31,764 nt of DNA. Source: a virus. Lineage: Duplodnaviria; Caudoviricetes. Below, piece after piece: positions 25,744-31,764 of this stretch. How positions within the stretch are numbered: the first letter of the stretch is position 1; each line of letters starts with the position of its first letter. The position numbers were made by a program, and so were the translations under genes. Below the pieces are notes generated by a model. It saw only the letters and a list, made by a program, of their open reading frames with translations, was not told where the DNA came from and searched no databases. The stretch is taken from positions 1 to 31,764 of the IMG/VR virus record IMGVR_UViG_3300042401_001464; one strand, 5' to 3'.

Positions 25744-26009
25744 GATGGTGTATTTAACTCATCGTAAAGACCATAATAAACTGGTGATCTTTTGAGTATG
25801 TTCATCATTTCTTCACCTAAATTTGATATGGCAAATAGAGATTTAGGAGTGAATTCACTCTTTTCAACAATATTTCCTGAGCACAATTCCTTTATTTCCT
25901 TTTTAGTAAAATGTACATCTATTTTACCCAAAGAATCACGTGTTGTTAGATATCCCTTCTTACATATTTCCGTAAAAATTGATTCCGTTACTACTATTCT
26001 ATTTTCCAT
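25740..26009 (-). CDS. Hypothetical protein
   Basis: 89-aa ORF; ATGA overlap. Confidence 0.7.
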   Translation of the reverse strand: MENRIVVTESIFTEICKKGYLTTRDSLGKIDVHFTKKEIKELCSGNIVEKSEFTPKSLFAISNLGEEMMNILKRSPVYYGLYDELNTPS

Positions 26010-26072
26010 ATTTGAATTTATTTTAATATATATATTGTAATAAACATAGTTGGATTAAATTATATAAAATTT

Positions 26073-26390
26073 ATGAATATAGATTTTAAAAAAGATTTTA
26101 AATTTGTTGCACGTAATCAAACCTGGTTTGTTGGTGATGTCACTTTAGACTCGGACTGTACCGAATGGCACGAAACGATGGTGATTGAGAAGGGTTGGGG
26201 TTTCTTTCGGGGTTTGACCTACGAGACATACAAAGGTTACAACGGAGAACTTCCACGTGAAGACGAGGAGAGTTGCTCCTTCGAGGAATTCGAAATATAC
26301 TACAACGGAGTTCTAATTGATGAATTCACCACCTATGGTGAATTGAAAGTAATCATAAGAGAATCCAGAATTGATGAGATAATAAATTAA
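26073..26390 (+). CDS. Hypothetical protein
   Basis: 105-aa ORF ending IRESRIDEIIN. Confidence 0.75.
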   Translation: MNIDFKKDFKFVARNQTWFVGDVTLDSDCTEWHETMVIEKGWGFFRGLTYETYKGYNGELPREDEESCSFEEFEIYYNGVLIDEFTTYGELKVIIRESRIDEIIN

Positions 26391-26391
26391 T

Positions 26392-26422
26392 AAAAAACCC
26401 GGTTAGAAATTTAACCGGGTTA
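26392..26422. terminator. Terminator between convergent genes
   Basis: aaaaaacccggtta-gaaatt-taaccgggtt. Confidence 0.75.
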
Positions 26423-26437
26423 TTTAATTTTATTCAA

Positions 26438-29089
26438 TTAATCAAATTTAAAGTTCATTGTAATTGGTTTACTTATGTTTTTAACAATTTTACCATCAGT
26501 GTCCATATCATTTAGTTCTTGGTAATTCATAGTAATTGGTTTACTTAAATTTTTGATTATTTTTGTTTTTTTAGACCAGGGCCATCCAAGTGCATTGGGT
26601 GTTGGTACATCATCTTTTGCCAATAATATATTTTGTGGTGAGTTTGTAACAACTGATTTACTATTAGTATAAAGTGCTTGTGGTACAGAAGCAGTTGGTG
26701 ATAGAATTAATTCTGGATTTTTATATATCATACGACCATCTGTTGAGAAATATAATTTCCAAACATCTACTAATTGTAGGGGTCTTTTCCATATTGATAC
26801 CATACTTATTTCACCATCGGTATTATACCATTGTGATTTGTTATAACTACCACCTATATTACATTTATGTGTACCATTACTTCCTGGATCTACACCCCAT
26901 AAAGGAAGTGAATAGCGTTGCGCACCGTAATTTGCAGTCCAATAGGATCCATATCTTTGATTCCAATTATTATTTATAATTTCACTTATAGTAACCAAAT
27001 CTCTCCAATCGGTATAATTATCATTCCAATAAAAACCACTACGTAATGCACTATTTATAAAAACATTTGTTGTTTCGGTTTGTGCATCTCTTGATAAAAC
27101 TATATGTGTTTCTGGATTTTGTACAGATGACCAATTGTGTGGTACAACATAAAATGAATATGTTGAACCATTCATTACTTTGAATGAAATACCATATGGT
27201 TGTGCACTTAGAATCCATCCATCTCCATATTGACTTTGTGATGAACCAGAGTATGATGATATAAGTGGTTGTTCTCCGTTTATAGTTGAGAAAGTACCAG
27301 TAGAATCAGAATATTGTATTCCATCGTTTGGTGAATACCATAAACTAACAGCAAAGCTTGAAGTTCCGAAATTTAATGAATTATCGGGTAATGCTACATA
27401 TGAGTAAGTTACTCCTACTGGTTCAAAAGAAAATCCGGCCATTTTTTCAGATTTAGAGAATGATGCACTACCACACATTGTTCCATGATTTGTACCCCAA
27501 TTATCTTTTGCGGAATCTAAAAATTTATTAGTAAAAGGATAACTAACGCCGGCACCACCATTATAAATCATTTTTACTTCATCTTCTGATAAAACTCTCG
27601 TCCATGTATTTAGTGAATCAATTCTACCATTATGGTAATTTGTGATTAAGTTATTTCTAACATGCCACGCACCAATAGAACATTTTATTTCATCTACATT
27701 ATAAGAAGGGTTCACTGTATTTGCCGAGGTTTGTACTAATTCACCATCAATGTATATTTTACATTCACCAAAAGTGCCAGATTCTGTAGAAAGAAACTCA
27801 TTTGATGAAAATGTATTTCTCCTATTTGTAACTGTTATATAATGCCAATTACCAACTGATACTGTTCCACCCATAATTCTAACGTTGGAACTCCAGTTCC
27901 ATGCACCATATGGGTTATTCGAATTATTCATAATATCTAAAGAGATACTTGTACCTCTTCTGAATATACCCCATCCATTTGCAAGACCATCTATATGTAA
28001 ATTACTTACAATACATCCATCTGTTGATATATCTGAAAATAAGGCCCAAAAACTAACACTAAAGTCACCTGTGAAATTTAGAGTGTTAGGTGTAACTGAT
28101 ATAAAGTCATTGACACCATCGAAATTAAATGAATAACCACTTATACCTTTGGTGATATATACACCATTCATTGGTAGTGAACTCGCAGTTCCTACTAAAT
28201 CCGAATAGCTTTTATAAAGTTCATTTCCGTTATCTCCATATGGATAAGAAATACCTAATCCATTATTATATGATTCTCTTACGTGTTTATATTCCAAATC
28301 ACTATTAAAAGTTACAAGTGAATCTATTTTGAATGCTGGAGGTGCTGGTGTTAATATACCATCTACGTGTGTTACTCCTATGTAAGAATTACATTGTAAA
28401 GGATAAAATATATCCATTGTATTACTTGCACCATTTAGATTTAATGTATTTACTGATGCGGTTAAACCATTTATATAAATGTTAGGACTGCTAAACATTT
28501 TTTTAGATACTGCAATATGTGTCCATTGTTCATTCAATGTAAATTGTGTATAATTGTGATTTATACGCGTTGCGTATATTCCATCTACTGGATCACTTTC
28601 ACATATGAATGATAAAGTCCCATTATCATATTCTAATCTCCAACCCATTTCAGGATATCCTTTACCTCTACAGCTTATAATTCCTATTTTAGATGCTGTT
28701 GCTGTTGATGGTACGCTAACCCACATAGAAAATGCAAAATCATTTTCAAACTTAAGACCATCATTTGGTATAGATAAGAATATATCACCATTGAATAGAA
28801 AGGCTGCATTCACTTTCCCTGTCGTGTAAGTATATGGATTGTCATATGTTGTTGAGTATGTTCCAAACGATATCATTTTTGTTGCATTTATACCGCCGTG
28901 TGAATCATTTGTGTTGCTATTAAAGTTGTATGCTGATTTTATTAATGATTTTTCTATTTCAGAATCACCATTCCATGCGTTTCTAATATCGTTATCAATT
29001 AGATTACCTGGATAAACTCCATTCCATACACCATATAGATTTTGGTAAAGATCTTTACCAGGTTCGATTGATTGAACAAATCCTTGCAT
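26438..29089 (-). CDS. Protein with three LamG/concanavalin-A-like domains (putative virion fibre or decoration protein)
   Basis: Repeated GK...AFxFxG, FSVSFW, WHYI, IYIDG, IG, GRID...WTRVLS motifs. Confidence 0.8.
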   Translation of the reverse strand: MQGFVQSIEPGKDLYQNLYGVWNGVYPGNLIDNDIRNAWNGDSEIEKSLIKSAYNFNSNTNDSHGGINATKMISFGTYSTTYDNPYTYTTGKVNAAFLFNGDIFLSIPNDGLKFENDFAFSMWVSVPSTATASKIGIISCRGKGYPEMGWRLEYDNGTLSFICESDPVDGIYATRINHNYTQFTLNEQWTHIAVSKKMFSSPNIYINGLTASVNTLNLNGASNTMDIFYPLQCNSYIGVTHVDGILTPAPPAFKIDSLVTFNSDLEYKHVRESYNNGLGISYPYGDNGNELYKSYSDLVGTASSLPMNGVYITKGISGYSFNFDGVNDFISVTPNTLNFTGDFSVSFWALFSDISTDGCIVSNLHIDGLANGWGIFRRGTSISLDIMNNSNNPYGAWNWSSNVRIMGGTVSVGNWHYITVTNRRNTFSSNEFLSTESGTFGECKIYIDGELVQTSANTVNPSYNVDEIKCSIGAWHVRNNLITNYHNGRIDSLNTWTRVLSEDEVKMIYNGGAGVSYPFTNKFLDSAKDNWGTNHGTMCGSASFSKSEKMAGFSFEPVGVTYSYVALPDNSLNFGTSSFAVSLWYSPNDGIQYSDSTGTFSTINGEQPLISSYSGSSQSQYGDGWILSAQPYGISFKVMNGSTYSFYVVPHNWSSVQNPETHIVLSRDAQTETTNVFINSALRSGFYWNDNYTDWRDLVTISEIINNNWNQRYGSYWTANYGAQRYSLPLWGVDPGSNGTHKCNIGGSYNKSQWYNTDGEISMVSIWKRPLQLVDVWKLYFSTDGRMIYKNPELILSPTASVPQALYTNSKSVVTNSPQNILLAKDDVPTPNALGWPWSKKTKIIKNLSKPITMNYQELNDMDTDGKIVKNISKPITMNFKFD

Positions 29090-29171
29090 AATATATATAT
29101 TTTACTTTTATATATTATTACTTACAATGTACCCGAGAAATAAACCACTACTCTACTACTCTATATTTTTG

Positions 29172-29244
29172 TCTAAGTGGGAGGTCACGATCCCCCGGCC
29201 TGAGAGTCCCAAACTCCCCGCTCTACCATCTGAGCTACACCTAG
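29172..29244 (-). tRNA. tRNA-Pro(TGG), variant T loop
   Basis: GGGAG-TT-TGG-GA-CTCTC; T loop ATCGTGA. Confidence 0.85.
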
Positions 29245-29254
29245 TTATTTCTTG

Positions 29255-29326
29255 CGGTCTATGCGAGAATCGAACTCGCGTCTCCTCATAGACAGTGAGG
29301 AAGGATAACCACTACCCTAATAGACC
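29255..29326 (-). tRNA. tRNA-Asp(GTC)
   Basis: CCTCA-CT-GTC-TA-TGAGG; G73. Confidence 0.9.
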
Positions 29327-29333
29327 ATTTTTG

Positions 29334-29407
29334 TTGTCCCGCCTGGGCTCGAACCAGGAGTCTTCGCGGCCAAAACGCGACGATTTGCCTAATTAATCTA
29401 CAGGACA
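29334..29407 (-). tRNA. tRNA-Gln(TTG)
   Basis: TCGCG-TT-TTG-GC-CGCGA; U1:A72. Confidence 0.9.
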
Positions 29408-29413
29408 ATTTTG

Positions 29414-29488
29414 TAGGGTAGACCGGACTCGAACCGACACTATGTCCTCATCCCAAATGAGGCGGCCTACCAATTGGCCAACTACCCT
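29414..29488 (-). tRNA. tRNA-Pro(TGG)
   Basis: CCTCA-TT-TGG-GA-TGAGG. Confidence 0.88.
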
Positions 29489-29499
29489 AAGTATAAACG

Positions 29500-29529
29500 A
29501 AAAAACCCAGTTAGTAACTAACTGGGTTT
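29500..29529 (-). terminator. Attenuator terminator 4, 5' of tRNA-Pro
   Basis: AAACCCAGTTAG-TTA-CTAACTGGG-TTTTTT. Confidence 0.85.
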
Positions 29530-29550
29530 ATAATCATTTAAGCTTTTTAT

Positions 29551-29649
29551 TTAACTTTTTGACAATATACAGTTAGTCCCAAGTAACTTAGGTTGATCCT
29601 GATCCTGCGGGATGTTTACTACTGCGATATTTTTGTTAAAAGTTTTCAT
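29551..29649 (-). CDS. Putative attenuation leader peptide 4, MKTFNKNIAVVNIPQDQDQPKLLGTNCILSKS
   Basis: 32 aa; CCG CAG GAT CAG GAT CAA CCT run followed by antiterminator GACTAACTG. Confidence 0.82.
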   Translation of the reverse strand: MKTFNKNIAVVNIPQDQDQPKLLGTNCILSKS

Positions 29650-29709
29650 TATTGTTATATATAAAGTTTGTTACTCTTTGTTTTGTAAATATAGGAACTT
29701 TTTTTCGAA

Positions 29710-30399
29710 TTATTTTATATTTATATATTTTTTTATCTTATTTGGTGGTATATTATCATAAGTAAAATATCCTAACCTATAATTTGGATCCGTATGTAAT
29801 ATAAGACTATCGTCTTTGGAATCTATTTCAATAAGTATGTATTCGTGTTGATTATTATCGGATAATTTAAGATTTCTTAATAAAATTGGATAATTGTCTA
29901 AATCATCAAATAAGTATATTCTTTCAGGGTGTACAGAAATTCTATTTTTAGATTTTGGATATAATCCTAATTTTTTTATAGAATCCCAATTATTGGAATA
30001 GGTTAAATGATATAATTTATCAGGACATATTATGTTATTGGTTAGTAATCCATCGTCATATTTGGCTTCGTATTTTATTTCTATACTTGATACGTTAGTT
30101 GTATTTATATCTTTGATATTTTTAAAATAGTTATCCACCCCATTGGACAATATTACTCTATATTCAGATGGAAAATATCCGAGTGTATATGATTGATGGT
30201 TTATATTCTCTATTATATCCTTTTTGTTGGTAAATACTTCAATATAGAATACTAATTTATCTATTATTTTTATTGTGTAAGTTACATTTAACCCACGAAT
30301 GTAATCGGTAAGTATTCTACTATAACGATTTATGTCATGTGTTCTTATTAAACCTTCTTTTACATATACTGTAAATTCGGTATAATCTTTTATAATCAT
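29710..30399 (-). CDS. Protein with a C-terminal ADP-ribosyltransferase-like (Tpt1/DarT-like) motif
   Basis: LYHLT...WDSIKKLGLYPK...RIYL...NIPP. Confidence 0.55.
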   Translation of the reverse strand: MIIKDYTEFTVYVKEGLIRTHDINRYSRILTDYIRGLNVTYTIKIIDKLVFYIEVFTNKKDIIENINHQSYTLGYFPSEYRVILSNGVDNYFKNIKDINTTNVSSIEIKYEAKYDDGLLTNNIICPDKLYHLTYSNNWDSIKKLGLYPKSKNRISVHPERIYLFDDLDNYPILLRNLKLSDNNQHEYILIEIDSKDDSLILHTDPNYRLGYFTYDNIPPNKIKKYINIK

Positions 30400-30483
30400 A
30401 CTATTTCTGCCTTATTTTTCCCATCATAATTTATATATTAAATGTAAATAGCACTCAACAATCGTGAGTGCCAGATACTGGTG

Positions 30484-30557
30484 TGGTCCCGCTCGGGCAC
30501 GATCCGAGGACCCCCGGTTTATGAGACCGGTGCTCTAACCAACTGAGCTACGAGACC
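30484..30557 (-). tRNA. tRNA(CAT): elongator Met or Ile2; variant T loop
   Basis: CCGGT-CT-CAT-AA-ACCGG; paired 1:72, so not an initiator. Confidence 0.88.
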
Positions 30558-30560
30558 TTA

Positions 30561-30770
30561 TAGATTAGTATTATCGACACCTTTACCCTTTGGACTTAGT
30601 CAGTTCGTCCGTTCGGGTTCTGTACTCGCTTCTTTCCGACTTGATTTCTAATCCTTGTCGGTTATAGCTTTCCTCCCAGTCCACGTATTGTTTGCGCAAC
30701 TATCCGTGATGCAAAGGGTCAGATCATTTGCACGATGGCTATTCCCTCCATCTTATCGATTACTAATCTA
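30561..30770 (-). ncRNA. Unknown ~210-nt structured RNA between two tRNAs
   Basis: Closing stem TAGATTAGTA-ATCGA / TCGAT-AA-TACTAATCTA; several internal helices; no ORF. Confidence 0.65.
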
Positions 30771-30771
30771 G

Positions 30772-30844
30772 CACGGGAGGTAGGATTCGAACCCACGACC
30801 AACGGATTTGGAATCCGCGACTCTACCAGCTGAGCTACACCCGT
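30772..30844 (-). tRNA. tRNA-Trp(CCA)
   Basis: GCGGA-TT-CCA-AA-TCCGT; G73. Confidence 0.92.
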
Positions 30845-30847
30845 GTA

Positions 30848-31513
30848 TTATAAAATATGAGCAAGTTCTTCTAAAGATAAACCCATATCAATATATCGTT
30901 TGTCACTACCTACAACAATCAATAGTTTTAAGTTATTTCTCGATTGTGCATCGGACATTTTGTGTGACATTTTTTCAGTTATCCAACCTTTATATTCAAT
31001 ATACAAGTTTTGTTCACTTATATAAAAGTCTGGATAGAATTTCTTTTGTTCACCATCTTTTGTTATGTAAGGAAAACCTTTCCAATTTCTTATCCATTTC
31101 ACCTTACTGGTGTCTAATATTTGAGCAACGATTATCTCTTCTTTATTCAGTTTCATCTTTTCGCCCCAAATATTTGTATATTCTGTAGTTTTGGATCTAC
31201 CACCATTTTCTCTTAGACCACCATTATTAGAATAGTTGCCAATTTTTTTCTTACCTACCTGAAGTAAGTTTGAACACTTTTTACTGCATGATCGTCGTAG
31301 TGATAATGCAGTAAAAGTATTAGTACAAACTTCACATATTAGTTCTAATGGTTCAACAGTTTTTTTGAGTTTTAGTGAAACTTTCCTGTTTATTTCAGTT
31401 CTTTTACTTTTTGTACTGAAACCCCTCGAGCATTTGACCGAGCAAAATCTACCACTACCATAACTTCCATCATGTGTGGAAGAACAATTTTCACAAATCA
31501 TATAGATATTCAT
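30848..31513 (-). CDS. Cys-rich zinc-finger plus PD-(D/E)xK nuclease (putative free-standing homing endonuclease)
   Basis: CENC, FCSVKCS, CEVC, SCSKKC; FYPDFY..LYIEYKG. Confidence 0.75.
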   Translation of the reverse strand: MNIYMICENCSSTHDGSYGSGRFCSVKCSRGFSTKSKRTEINRKVSLKLKKTVEPLELICEVCTNTFTALSLRRSCSKKCSNLLQVGKKKIGNYSNNGGLRENGGRSKTTEYTNIWGEKMKLNKEEIIVAQILDTSKVKWIRNWKGFPYITKDGEQKKFYPDFYISEQNLYIEYKGWITEKMSHKMSDAQSRNNLKLLIVVGSDKRYIDMGLSLEELAHIL

Positions 31514-31597
31514 TTTTATCTATATATATATATTTTTTCACCACTTCGAACCATATAAAAATGGTTTTGATTAGTATCAAAGAACGTTTTTTTTTGT

Positions 31598-31704
31598 TGT
31601 GTGTACGGGATTCGAACCCGTACACACTACCAAAATTTCTATGTCTGCAAACATTTCGATTTTGGCTCTCGTAGGTTGTTGCAGCAACCTTTGATAATCT
31701 TAGC
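31598..31704 (-). ncRNA. tRNA-like element: 11-bp minihelix capped by a TTCGAAT T loop, preceded by two hairpins
   Basis: GTGTGTACGGG-TTCGAAT-CCCGTACACAC-A. Confidence 0.5.
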
Positions 31705-31706
31705 TG

Positions 31707-31764
31707 TGGAGCTAATGGGATTCGAACCCATGACCCCTTGCCTGCCAGGCAAATACTCTAGCCA
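31707..31764 (-). tRNA. tRNA-Ala(GGC), 5' end outside the window
   Basis: TTGC-CT-GGC-AG-GCAA; 3' end TAGCTCCA (U70). Confidence 0.85.

Noticed and set aside
30561-30770. RNase P RNA or tmRNA
   Set aside because: P4 pairing and the CR-V-to-P1 adjacency cannot be built; no tRNA-Ala-like ends or tag ORF
1-31764. CRISPR array or stop-codon reassignment
   Set aside because: No regularly spaced repeats beyond tRNA motifs; genes are intact in code 11 with TAA, TAG and TGA all used as stops, and no suppressor tRNA is seen

Overview
AT-rich, mostly minus-strand segment of what looks like a large (jumbo, T4-like) phage genome. The host is probably Bacteroidota, based on TAnnTTTG promoters and a FISUMP-domain gene. 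The window holds 25 tRNA genes (one with a 55-nt intron-like insert, one truncated by the window edge) and two unexplained structured RNAs. It also encodes a histidine kinase/receiver pair coupled to a membrane protein and a GH24 endolysin, a Prs-like/NAMPT-like pair (NARP1-type NAD salvage), a degenerate terminase-ATPase paralog, homing-type nucleases, a LamG-repeat protein and many small ORFs. Main discovery: each of the four tRNA operons whose 5' end is visible is preceded by a promoter, an unannotated 25-39 aa leader ORF and an intrinsic terminator. The central codon run of each leader spells the amino acids of the tRNAs downstream: IEAIGYAYEAG -> Tyr/Glu/Ile/Gly/Ala; SSSLSRSSR -> Arg/Ser/Ser/Ser; HKHFSKSSKWFSNK -> His/Phe/Lys/Trp/Asn; PQDQDQP -> Pro/Gln/Asp/Pro. 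In three of the four, an antiterminator sequence follows the run. This looks like ribosome-mediated attenuation that switches on phage tRNA cassettes when the cognate tRNAs are depleted. All calls were made by eye; no searches were run.
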